A stretch of DNA of 64,000 nucleotides from Dictyostelium discoideum (Eukaryota), in NCBI GenBank assembly GCA_000004695.1, contig CM000150.2:2880001-2944000 (forward strand), in the 5' to 3' direction. Within the stretch, counting starts at the first letter, position 1; the number at the start of each line of letters is the position of its first letter. The translations under genes and the position numbers were made by a program. Of the stretch, positions 37,714 through 50,230 are shown in pieces. The notes beneath the pieces are model-generated. The model was given only the letters and a program-made list of their open reading frames with translations, was not told the DNA's origin and searched no databases.

Positions 37714-38690
37714 GATTTTAACTTAACTTTTCTTTAGTTGGATATAAAAGAGATTGAAGTTAAAGAATTGATTTCACAAAATAATTTATCAACTGTTAAT
37801 ATAGCAAATTATAGAGGTTTACAAGTTGTTTTGAGAAAGATTAAAACTCATAGCGCAAATTACACCAAAACTTACTCTCAAGCAATCAAAAAATTCTACA
37901 CAGAAATGGATATACTCTCAAAGTTAAAAAACAAAAATATTGTTTCATTTATTGGTTGCACTCACGACTCTTCTCACCTTTGGATTGTTACTGAATATGC
38001 ACCATTGGGATCTCTTAGTTCTCTTATCCATCAAAAGAAAGAAAAACTTTCATTAATTCAAAAAGTCAAGTAAGTAAAAAAAAAAAAAACAATAATATTA
38101 TAATTTAGTTCTTTTTTCTAATATTATTAATAGGTTAATGTTAGATACAGCAAAGGGGTGTGAATTTCTACACTCAAATGATATTACGAATTGTAATATA
38201 AAATCAAATAATTTATTACTCTTTTCAACAATGGAAAAAGATGATGTTTGTGTAAAAATTTCAGATTTTGGTATAAAAAGTAATTATTATTATTTTTTAA
38301 ACAATTGTTATTTTTTATACAATGATTATTTCTAACTTTTTACAAAAAAAAAAAAATAAATAAATAAAAATAGAATTTGAAGTACAAAACCAAAATGAAA
38401 AAGAAATTTTTAAAGATGAAAAAGATCAAAAGCTAATTGATGTTTATGAATTTGGAATTACATTCTATGAAACAATGCTTGAAGAAACTCCAGAAAACCT
38501 ATCTAATTTAATATTGGAAGGTGAGAGACCAACTCTTGATTTGGAAAAATTAGATGCAGACATTAGAAACATAATTGAAAGATGCTGGAACCAAAACAAA
38601 AGGTCAACATTTTCAGAGATTAGTATTTCACTAAAAGAAAAATATACAAAATTGTTGGAGAAAAATAATGAATTAATACAAGAGAATTAA
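33781..38690 (+). CDS. Receptor-like protein A: signal peptide, parallel beta-helix ectodomain, transmembrane helix, degenerate cytoplasmic pseudokinase. Eight exons.
   Basis: Exons are 33781-33856 ([25 protein letters not shown]), 33946-34167, 34256-37335, 37410-37496, 37574-37672, 37738-38069, 38134-38279 and 38374-38690. The ectodomain has PbH1-like repeats (…[18 protein letters not shown]…[21 protein letters not shown]…[12 protein letters not shown]…). A T/P-rich stalk leads to the TM helix [23 protein letters not shown]. The kinase-like region keeps subdomain II-V remnants (VVLRKIK…[20 protein letters not shown]…[13 protein letters not shown]), the DFG (ISDFG) and [11 protein letters not shown]. 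It lacks the Gly loop and the HRD catalytic loop ([12 protein letters not shown] instead). Confidence 0.7.
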
Positions 38691-38769
38691 TTTAAAAACT
38701 AACAATAAAAACAAGATAATTTATTATTATCTATGAAATTAGAAATATTTTTTTTTTTTAAATTATTGT

Positions 38770-38945
38770 TAATATTATTTGGATTACTACAAATGATATT
38801 AAAATAGAGATAGTAGATTTAGAGTTAATAGTAGGTGAAGCTGCAATTAAGTGTTAAACACTATTATTATTTGTTGTAGTTGTTGTCGATTTACTTGATT
38901 TTACAACTGGTTGGAACTCCAGATGTTGTACCGTTTGTAATGGAA
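38770..38945 (-). pseudogene. Truncated 3' fragment of a GPI-anchored surface-protein gene, paralogous to 42116-42300.
   Basis: 38760-38940 aligns almost base-for-base with 42110-42300, including the reverse-strand region that encodes the hydrophobic tail ...ISILISFVVIQIILTII* and the S/T-rich stalk. It then diverges, and no upstream ORF follows. Confidence 0.55.
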
Positions 38946-39136
38946 CAAGGAAAATAAAAAATAAGATATTAACAAATGTTTTTATTGAAGATAATTTTGG
39001 TAAAAACCAATTAAAATTTTTTTTTTCTTTTTTTCAATCTCTTAGAAATATGCCTTATTTTTTTTTTTTTTTTTGGATGGCATTCGTTTTTTTTTTTTTG
39101 GAAGACATTTTTTTTTTTTTTCTTATATTCAACAAA

Positions 39137-41830
39137 ATGAAATTAGGACAAAGGATATTTATTTTGATATGCTTAGTTATCAACTCTTTCTCTAATTGTA
39201 AGTCAACAATTAATTAAATATTATTCATTTTTTTATTAAAAAAAAAAAAAAGACTAAAAAAAAAAAAAAAAAAGGCAGTCTTGTGGTTTCACCAAATGGT
39301 TATTATAACATTTATCGAGAAAATAATTTTGGGAATATTTTAAATTTAAAGCCAACAGCAGAAAACAAATTACAAGATTCATATTATCCAGGTGTTTGTA
39401 GCAATGCAGGAAAAAATAAAGATGGTGTGACTAGTTTTTTAATATCCTCTTTCTCTATTTTTTTTTATAAATTACATCAACGTTATTGTTACAAAAGGTA
39501 TGTAAAATTTTATTTTAAATAGAATCATATTATGAAATATAAAATATTAACCAAATGCAATTAATTAACCAATTAGGTTCACATATGGTATTGGGAGATT
39601 TGGAATATTCTAAAATGAGTAATGTTAGAACTTTATTGAATATAGTTTGTGTTGAAGGCTCATTATTATTTTCAACACAAAGTGTTTTATATATGAGTGT
39701 CTTGGTAATGTTACCTGGTGGTAGTTTTGAATGTTTAGATTGCACAATTCGTTTTCGTGAACTACATCCAGCAAGCTCTCAGATCGATCCATTTGGTTTT
39801 TTCCCTGGTGTACTTGCTTTAGGTGGCTCGTTATCTCTTATTGGGAAGCAAAAAACTACATATTCTGCGACCAATATTGGTGGAAATATATTAGAGGTTC
39901 CAGATCTTTCAACATTAGATAGTTTCAATGGTTACAGTTTATCAATATTTAGTGAATCATTTCCTTTGGGAAAATCTTCAACCTTTTCCCATTATTTAAA
40001 TCGAATAAGTGTATTAGATTTGGTTATTCCGAAAACAGATAAAAATATAAGAGTCTTCTTTAATCCAAATTTTTCATTTTTCAACTCAGACAAAATCAGA
40101 TACCGCTTCAATTCATATCACAGGAAATACCAATGTATATAGAAAATTTTTACATCAATTCTTTTGGAAAGACTTCAAATGATCAATATAGCGATACAGA
40201 ATTGGTATTCTCACCTGATGATCCAAATTTAATTACAGAGTTTATAAATGGTAACAAAGATTTAGAAATTCATTATATATAGAGCATTCAAATAATGTTA
40301 CTATAAAAAATAGCGTTATACTTGAAACAAAAGAAACAAGATCACCATTAGTAATTTTTGGTTCAAATGTAAATATATCAGGTAATATAATATCAAGTAA
40401 TTCTGGTTCAAGTATTACAGGATTTGATAAAGATTGCTATTCACCATGCTATAATGATTCGATAAGAGTTTCAAGTAAAGTTCAACATTTATTAGTTCAT
40501 CAAATTACTCTGAGTTTTCTTTTTAGAATCAGCGAAACAGGTAGTAAACAAAGTTCAATTTATAAAATAAAAAATTCAAATTTAAGTTATCCAATTTCAG
40601 TATTATTAGAAAACAACGCATTTATATTAGATAATGTTTATGGTTTTGGTGATTTTAGTAATAATGGTATGATTAAAAGATTTGATATAATAAACTCAAC
40701 ATTAGATCCTTCTGCATCATCATCAATAAGTTTAAACAATTTTTCAAAAGCAATTTGTATTCAAAACTCATTTATGGATTTTAAATCATTTCAAAAACAA
40801 AACAATCAATTATTACACCTTACCTATACTATTTCGAAAATACAATGAATCTTATAAAAGTATCAAAAATGTATCCAAATGTAAACCATCAAATTTTAGC
40901 AGGTACAGTACTAAATATGGGTATTGAAATTATAATTATAGCACCATTATTTGGGAAAATGGATTGCATATTTGAAGATGAAAGTAGTGTTCAAACAATA
41001 CCATTTGATAAATCAAGTAATTCATGTGTTTTACCATACACATTTAAAAATGAAGGTTCATTTAATGTACGAGTTACATTATCACTAAATAACTCTGGAG
41101 ATAGTGTATTTCAAGTATATTTTCCAATGGTTACAGTATTTAATATATTCATTTTATTCAGGATGGGCAATGATTGATTCAAATATAGAAAAAGAAATAA
41201 TAATAGATGGTAATATATTTAAAAAAGGTTGTCAACAACAGGTATTAGGTAATTGTACAATATCAACAAATTCAAAGTTAATAACAGGTTTACCAAATGT
41301 GACAGAATCAGATGAACTTAATAGATTATTTTCAAGTGGTATAACATCTATCAACCCATATGAACATGTAACAATAACAATACCAATTGATAAAGAATCA
41401 AAAAAGAATCAAATCCAATTATTTTTCACACTAACCAATTGATATAGAATCTAGTCTATTATCAATATATGTAGAAAATCAACCAATATTCCTTTTAGAA
41501 CCATTACAAAGTAATTTAGATTCAACATTTAAAAACTTAACATTTCATTATGAAAATTTAAAATCTCAAGAAATAATCAACATATCTTTCACAACAAGAG
41601 GTGATATCTATTTAACTTCAATGGCGGTTTATTCATCAGCCATACCAATAATCGTTACACCAACACCAAAAACATCAAAAACTACCTCCAAAAACAAATT
41701 AAAAATCGCTTTACCGATTTGCCTTTTTGCTCTTTTGGTTGCTGTTGGAGTTTTAATATGTTTTATTTTAAGAAAAAAAAAAAACAAAAATTAACTAATA
41801 TTATGGAAGATGGAAGTGAGATGTCTTCAA
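39137..41830 (+). pseudogene. Receptor-like kinase pseudogene B: multiple frameshifts, in-frame stops, internal deletions and loss of the kinase exons.
   Basis: The signal exon MKLGQRIFILICLVINSFSN and the next exon (VSPNGYYNIYRENNFGNILNLKP…) match gene D. The track splits the body into broken ORFs at 39555-40142, 40845-41177 and 41104-41442, with the stop 'tatatatag' at ~40270. About 230 bp are deleted relative to D between '…SGSS' and 'ITGFDKDCYSPCYND'. The C-terminal stalk and TM (…[15 protein letters not shown]…[23 protein letters not shown]) instead match gene A. Only a short kinase 3' remnant (~41990-42050, …NELTQEN*) survives. Confidence 0.7.
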
Positions 41831-42115
41831 TTAAAATTAGTGTTTCACCTTTATCCAACTTGGGATAAAAAATGTTTTTTTTTTTTTTTTTTGATTACTA
41901 CCTTTTCAGTCCTTATTTTTTTTTGCGATCCAAAAAAAAAATTAAAAAATAAAATTCGGATTACAAATTAAAAAGGAATTTGTTTATCTTAAAGAAAAAT
42001 ATATAAAACTGTTTGGGAAAAGTAATGAATTAACACAAGAGAATTATTTTAAAACTAACAATAAAAACAAGATAATTTATTATTATCTATGAAATTAGAA
42101 ATATTTTTTTTTTTT

Positions 42116-45100
42116 TTAAATTATTGTTAATATTATTTGGATTACTACAAATGATATTAAAATAGAGATAGTGGATTTAGAGTTAATAATAGGTGAAGCT
42201 GCGCTTAAGTGTTCACCACTATTATTATTTGTTGTAGTTGTTGTCGAAGAGTCTGTTGATTTACTTGATGTTTCAACTGGTGCGCCAGTTGTTGTACCGC
42301 TTGTAATTGGAATTGAATAAGGAATTGTATTATTTGAAAAAACTTCAATACCGCACATTGGTATTGAGTACTTGAGATTATCAGATGCCCACTCAATCAT
42401 GAGTGTAACATCAGTTGAACCACTATTCCAATAGAATGGCCCAAATTTTTGATATTTTTGATAAGGTGAAGAAGGTCTTGAGTATGGATCTTGATATTTG
42501 CCATTAATCTTAATTGTGAAAATGGGTAGTGAGTTGACGATGTTGGCTCCAGTGTAATCTGCATTATAAGAGTAGATGAAAAACTTGTATTCTGCATTTG
42601 CTGGTAAAGTTAAATTTACTGAACTTTTAATTCCTAATGTAACATCATTTGATAAATAAGATGTTAACATTGATACTTCATCAGTTGCGCTTCTGATAGT
42701 TCCAGTTGTAGATTCAGTTACCGTTGATGGAATTGGTGATACTTTACTGTATTTACCAGTTACCTTACATATTCCACTAATCCAACCACATTTAGTCCAT
42801 TGGTTGCCTAAAATTGATAGTGCTTTGGAAGATGAACTAAAATCTGGAGTTAAATCTATACCAAGGTAAAACAATTGAACACCAGAATCAACTATATAGG
42901 TTTGAGCATAATATGGTCCAACAATAGATGGATCATTTGGAGCATATAATAGATTGGATGAAACAATAACTGTATAAGGTCCATTAGCTTTTGGGAAATT
43001 GGCAACCTTGGAAATAGGAGAAGCACTTGAAGGGTAATCTATTGATTGAATTACTTCGTTTACAATATATTCTATATTTTGATTTGAACCTAAAAGGTAA
43101 TCGACGTTTGGTTTAAATGATAATAAAAGTTGATTTGAAGTTATTGAATTTACCATTGGGTTAAAATTATATAATGGATATAAACCAAGGACCCCTTCAA
43201 ATATATCTAATTTTGTACCATTTACATTAGAAAGGTATAGCTGTGTGGTATATTTCTTTAAGAATAAAGATGAACTAGAATAATGAGAGAAGAGAGAGTT
43301 TTTAATTGATAAATAACCACACGAAAATGTTTCAGAAAAGAAAACATAATTTCCTTTGGCAATGGAATTAACAATTGATATCGCATTGTATTTGCCATTT
43401 AGAGTGTTTGGAGCATTAGTAAATACTTTCTCATTTGAAGATAGAGAGTTTGCAATATATGGAGAATCATAAAAGATTTCAATGTTTGCTTGGTTTCCGG
43501 TTGAACCAAGAGTTAATGATGGTTGCTGTCGAATATACCAACCAAATTTTATATTAATTTTTAGTGGGGGTTGAGTTCCAATTGGATATCTAACACGTAC
43601 TTCAGTTTCACCTGCAAAGAAATTACTCAAAAAAACAACATTGTTCCAAACATTATTAGTTTTGTAATCAGCAGTGTTATCTTGAGTTAATCCAGAGTGT
43701 ATACCTATCAGTTTATCTGATGCTAAACCCAATGTTGAATATCTACTTTGAATTGGGATTACATGAATTGCACCTCCTTTGAATTTACCTTCAAATGCAT
43801 TTCCTTCATATGTAGAGTAGGGTGATGATGTTATTATACCAACATTTATATAATCTATGTCTGGATAGGTTCTATATGATGAAACTATGCTGGTATCCGA
43901 GTATAAAGAAATGAACCCATTATAGCTAATATCAAATTGCTCTGTTCCATATAATAATGAAATACCACTGATACCTTTTCTCAATGCAAATGCATTACCA
44001 GATATTGTACCAAATGAACGTTTAGCACCAATAAAAGCTCTTGGGATTTCACTTTCTCTTAAAGTATCAATGTAGTCATAATCCATGAACATATTATTCT
44101 TAATATTTACTGCTTCTTTATTATGTAATAAAGTTATTGGATATCTATCAGGTATATTTTTTCCATATTTAAGAACATTATAGTTTGAATTTAATATATT
44201 ATCATCGAGAACATTGCTTGTTGTATGTCCAATATCATAAAAAACACTGTTTTGAATATTAACAATCGATCCAAGAGTAAAAGTCATTGAACTATTATAA
44301 AACCCTTTGATAAATACATTTTTAGACCAAGGTCTCATTACAATATAACCACTTCCACCAAATATTTCTCCTATTATTTCACTTGGGGATGCTGCGATAG
44401 CACTAGTATAATATTGATCCATTGAATAATTAATATTGTAATTTGGATCATAACTTCCACTCATTCTAAATAAAGGTAATCCTGGACTTGAATAAGAAAA
44501 AGGAGTACGGAGGAATGAACCTCCATAAGAACCAGATTTTGATGTGTTCCTTCCTGCCCATATTGACTCAGTGTTAAAACCAATAATGTTAACTGTACCG
44601 CCCAAGGAGATAAAAGGAGATGTTTGAAGAGGATCCCAAGATGGGAAATTCCAATATTCAAAAGCGGGTAAAAATATTGTGTGATTAAAACTTGAAGATG
44701 GTTTTGATTCAAATACACCAGTTGGGAATATAATTGTTTTGGAGACTGTGTAATATGTATTAGCATTTGGATCAAGAACCAATTTTCCTTTAATAATAAT
44801 TGTATAAAGCCAACTGACTCTTCCATAAAACGTAACTGTTACTCCTTCTGGAATAACCAAAACATTTTTTAACAATAATAAACTTCCTGAAGGGTTTTCG
44901 TTAATGTTTATTGGTGGTGTAAATAAATCAGTGGTAAGAAAGTTTGTGTCACTATATATTGTGCAACTTGATTTGAAAGTGTATTTTACTGTATTTGGAT
45001 TTGACTCCAAGTCTGGATAAAAATCACCTTTGTAGTTTGGGTTTTCTGGATAAAAATTAATCTTGAAATGTGGCTGCCCATTAATATTTACACGTGGAGA

Positions 45101-45271
45101 GTTCCAATCGAATGAATAAAGTTCTTGAGAGTAAGTTTCTTATTTTTTTAAATTTATTAAGATTAGTAAATCTATAGGGAAAAAAAAATAAAAAATAAAA
45201 ACAGAAAATTTTAAATAAAAGTATATACTCTGATATAATATAATGACCAGCGTAACTAATAACTTTATCAT
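42116..45271 (-). CDS. Large secreted GPI-anchored cell-surface protein, about 1000 aa, Ser/Thr/Asn-rich, 2 exons.
   Basis: Exon 1 (~45229-45271) reads ATGATAAAGTTATTAGTTACGCTGGTCATTATATTATATCAGA, giving the signal peptide MIKLLVTLVIILYQ, with a GTATAT donor. Exon 2 (42116 to ~45123) is the 964-aa track ORF extended upstream (…KLYSFDWNSPRVNINGQPHFKINFYPENPNYKGDFYPDLESNPNTVKY…). The C-terminus is an S/T-rich stalk (…TTGAPVETSSKSTDSSTTTTT…) followed by a hydrophobic tail ISILISFVVIQIILTII*. That arrangement is typical of a GPI-attachment signal. Confidence 0.65.
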
Positions 45272-45959
45272 TGTAAAGAATAAAATTAATTTCTTTAAAG
45301 CGAAATCTGAAAATCAGATATTGTAAATTGTCAAAGGAAATTAAATTAGTTATTTCTTTTCATTTAAATAATATAATTAAGGGGTATAGACTATATGTTT
45401 GAAAGGCATCTTTAAAATTAAAGGAAAAAATGAAGAATTAGTATATCATTTTAAATAACTGTTCAATATTTAAATGAAAAAAATATATTTGAATTTTGGT
45501 TTTTTAATTTTTAGTTTTTAAATTTTTTTTTATTTTAAAAACAACTTTTTTTAAAATAAAAAATTGCAATTATTAACCACCTATAGCAGAAATGAATATT
45601 TCCAGTTTTTAAACGTTTTTTTTTTTATTTTTTTTTTTTTTATTATATTTTTCTACATGATTTTGTGTATTTTTATGTTTTTTTTTTTTTATTTAAATTT
45701 TGAAAATTTAATTTTCACTTTTTTTTTTTTTTTTTTTTTTTATCTTGAAATTTTTTTATTTTGTTTTAAGATCAAAAAAAAAAAAAAAAAAAAAAAAATG
45801 TTAATTCAATGATTATAAACATCATTTCTGAAATTTAATTTATTTCTTTCCTATGAAATAATAATTAAACACCACACCCCAACCATTAATTTTTTTATTT
45901 TTATTTTTATTTTTTTTTTCAAAATCTTCGCATTTTTGATTTTTTTTTTCTGAAATCTT

Positions 45960-45994
<35 letters not shown>

Positions 45995-46041
45995 CACATA
46001 CGACATTTTTTTTTTTTTTTTCTTATATATTGCTCCACAAG

Positions 46042-49000
46042 ATGAAATTAGAACAAAGGATATTTTTTTTAATATGCCTAGTTATCAACTCTTTCTCTAA
46101 TTGTAAGTCTACAATAAATTTATTTAATATTTTTCACATTTTTACTAACCTTTTAAAATAAAAAATAAAAAAATAAAAAATAAAATAATAAAATAATAAA
46201 AAAAAGGTAGTCTTTTGGTTGCTCCAGATGGTTATTATAACATTTACCGAGAAAATAAAATTGAAAATATTTTAAATTTAAAACCAAATGGTAACAAATC
46301 ACAAGATTCATATTATCCAGATGTGTGTAGTAAAGCGGTAAAAAATAAAGAAGGTGTAAAAAGTTTTATCTTATCTTCATTCCCTCTTTCAACTAAAGAG
46401 TATGCTAACGTTATTGTAACAAAGGGTATGTAGATTTTATTTTTATTTTTTATAGTAAATTATAGTATATTTATAAATATTAACAATAAGCAATTAATTC
46501 CTAGGTTCACATATGACATTGGGTGATGGAGAATATCATCAAATATTTAATATCAATAGATTTTTGAATATAGTTTGTGTTGAGGGTTCACTTGTATTTA
46601 GTACAAAAGATGTTGTATATATGAGTGCGTTGGTAATATTACCTGGTGGTAATTTTGAATGTATAGATTGCACCATCAAATTTCGAGATCTATATCCAAC
46701 CAACTCATTAATTGACCCATTTGGTTTTTTACCTGGAATTATTACTTTGGGAGGTTCATTATCTCTTTTAGGAAAGCAAAAAACTGTGTATAGTGCAGTT
46801 TTAATAGATGAAAATATATTAGAGGTTCAGGATATTTCATCACTAGATATTTTCAATGGTTATAGTTTATTTATTTTTAGCGAATCATTTCCTTTGGGAA
46901 AGGCATCAACTTTTACTTTTAATTCAAATCAAATAAAAGTTTTGGAAATCAAAATACCAAAAACAGATAAAAGCATTAGAGTATTTTTTTATTCAAGATT
47001 TTCTACTTTCTCAACTTCAACTACTGCTTCAATTCATATCACAGGTAACTCAAATGTGCATATCGAAAACTTTTATATAGACTCTTTTGGGAGGACAACA
47101 AACGATCAATATAGCGATACAGAATTGATTTTCTCTCAAGATGATCCAAATTTAATTACTGGGTTTATAAATGGTAGCAATCAAAGATTTAGAAGTTCTT
47201 TATATATAGAGCATTCAAATAATGTTACCATAAAAAATAGTGTTATACTTGAAAATAGAGGAGAAACAAGATCACCATTAATATTCTTTGGTTCAAATGT
47301 AAATATATCAGGTAATATAATATCAAGTAAATCTGGCTCAAGTTTAATAGCGCAATATGGAACTGAAAATATTCAATCAACAAATAATTATTATTCATTA
47401 TCTTTACCACTTTTAAAATCATTAAATTCAACTCTTGATAGTATGGATTATGGAAATGAAGGAAATGGTATTTTTTCGATATCGCCAAAAATAAATTCTA
47501 TTAATGATATATTCAATGGGCAAATAATAGCAATCAATCATATAATATTATCAGATAGATCAAGTATTACAGGATTTGATAAAGATTGCTATTCACCATG
47601 CTATAATGATTCGATAAGAGTTTCAAGTAAAGTTCAACATTCAGTGGAATTTAAAATAACAGGATCAACATTTATTAGTTCATCAAATTACTCTGAAAGT
47701 AGTTTTCTTTTTAGAATCAGCGAAACAGGTAGTAAACAAAGTTCATTTTATAAAATAATAAATTCAAATTTAAGTTATCCAATTTCAGTATTGTTAGAAA
47801 ACAATGCATTTATATTAGATAATGTTTATGGTTTTGGTAATTTTACAATTAATGGTCTTATTAAAAGATTGGATATAATAAACTCAACATTAGATCCTTC
47901 TGTAACATCATCAATAAGTTTAAGCAATTTTTCAAAAGCAATTAGTATTCAAAATTCATTTATGGATTATAGATCATTTCAAAAACAAAACAATCAAATC
48001 TATGGATCAATTATTACACCTTACCTCTACTATTTCGAAAATACAATGAATCTTATAAAAGTATCAAAAATGTATCCAAATGTAAACCATCAAATTTTAG
48101 CAGGTACAGTACTAAATATGGGTATTGAAATTATAATTATAGCACCATTATTTGGGAAAATGGATTGCATATTTGAAGATGAAAGTGGTATTCAAACAAT
48201 ACCATTTAATAAATCAAGTAATTCATGTGTTTTACCATACTTATTTAAAAATGAAGGCTCATTTAATGTACGAGTTACATTATCACTAACGAAATCTTTA
48301 GATAATATTATATTTCAAGTATATTTTCCAATGGTTACAGTATTTAATATATATTCATTTTATTCAGGATGGGCAATGATTGATTCAAATATAGAAAAAG
48401 AAATAATAATAGATGGTAATATATTTAAAAAAGGTTGTCAACAACAGGTATTAGGTAATTGTACAATATCAACAAATTCAAAGTTAATAACAGGTTTACC
48501 AAGTGTAACAGAATCAGACAAACTTAATAGACTATTTTCAAGTGGTATAACATCTATCAACCCATATGAACCTGTAACAATAACAATACCAATTGATAAA
48601 GAATCAAAAAAGAATCAAATCCAATTATTTTTCACTCACCAACCAATTGATATAGAAACCAGTCTATTATCAATATATGTAGAGAATCAACCAATATTCC
48701 TTTTAGAACCATTACAAAGTAATTTAGATTCAACATTTAAAAATTTAACATTTCATTATGAAAATTCAAAATCATTAGAAAAAATCAAAATTACATTTAT
48801 AACAAGAGGCGATATTTATTTAACATCTACAGCGATTTATTCATCAACTAACCAACCTATATATAACGAAGTTATTGGTATAAATGAACAATTAAATATA
48901 TTAGCAATTGTACTACCAATAACGATTTCATTGTTTGCAGCGGCATCAATATTGGCTGGTTATTTAGTAATTAAAAAATATAAAAAACCAAACATGTATT

Positions 49001-50199
49001 ATAATAGAAATACCAATGGAAATATCGGAATGAAGGTTTTCTCAACAAAATTTAAAAGAAGACCCAAAAAGGTAATACCACTTTCAATCCCATTAAGTAC
49101 AAATAGAATTACAAAGAAATCATTACAATCTTTAGATTCAATGGCTGAAAACCCTGTGATATTACTTTCCATTCCAGAATTGGAGAAAGCCAATGAACCA
49201 GAATTTAATCCTGAAAAAACTTTCTTACAAGAATCAGAATTATTAGATTTACCAACACCAAAGGTAGAACCAGAAGAGCCAAGAATTAATATTGTTCCCC
49301 TCCCTCGTTTTCCAACCGTATATAAAAAAGAAGATAACGATAAATTATTAAAAGAATTGAATATAACTGGTCCTATCACCTCTGAAAATATTGAATCATT
49401 CTTTGAAGTTGATGTTGGTTTGCCATCTTTAATAATAAAGAATGAATCTGAAATCATTCTACAAGAAATTGATTATATTGAAACTGGTGAAATTCAAGAA
49501 ATGGAAGGTAGCTTTTTGGAAGATAAATCAACTGATACAACCGTTATAGTAACAAAAAGTGATGGTTTACCTAAATTTTTTCAAACCAAAGTCTTTTCCA
49601 AACGATTTAATGATATATCCAAATTTGATAATGATTTCTTTGATCTAAAGGAATACATAGTTGAACATCAAGAAGAATCTTTTGAAATACCTTTTATGAC
49701 CTCGGAAGATGAAGTAGATGAAACCAAAATTAATATAATAGACTTTTTACTCAGTCCCAAATCTAATAAAGTTGCACTAAATATGTATTTAAAATCATTT
49801 CAAAATAGAAACCATAAACTTTGTTATGGAAAGTATGGTTCAAATAAAAATTCTATTCTTGTTATTGAAGGCACATCTTATTATTATGATTGTACAGATG
49901 TTAGGTTACCAATATCAACACCTCGTAGTAATCTTAATTTTGGAATAACAGATGGTAATAAATGTATAGTTGATAGAAAATATAGAGAAAGGTTACAATA
50001 TATAAATGTTTATAGTGAACCATTTAGAATTTATACTCTTTTTCCAGATAGTAATGATAATGTAACAATTACAACTTCAGAATGTTGTAAAGAAATAGAC
50101 CCATTTGGTTCATTAGATGTAGATATATTTGTAACTTTAAAAACAACAACCAAAGTAAGTATTTTAAAAAAAAAAAAAAAAAAAAAAGAATTATAAACT

Positions 50200-50230
<31 letters not shown>

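Noticed and set aside
38138-38335. ORF-track protein running through '…[21 protein letters not shown]'
   Set aside because: Its 3' part is intronic read-through. The exon ends at a GTAATT donor at about 38279-38280, and the next kinase exon follows in frame at ~38374.
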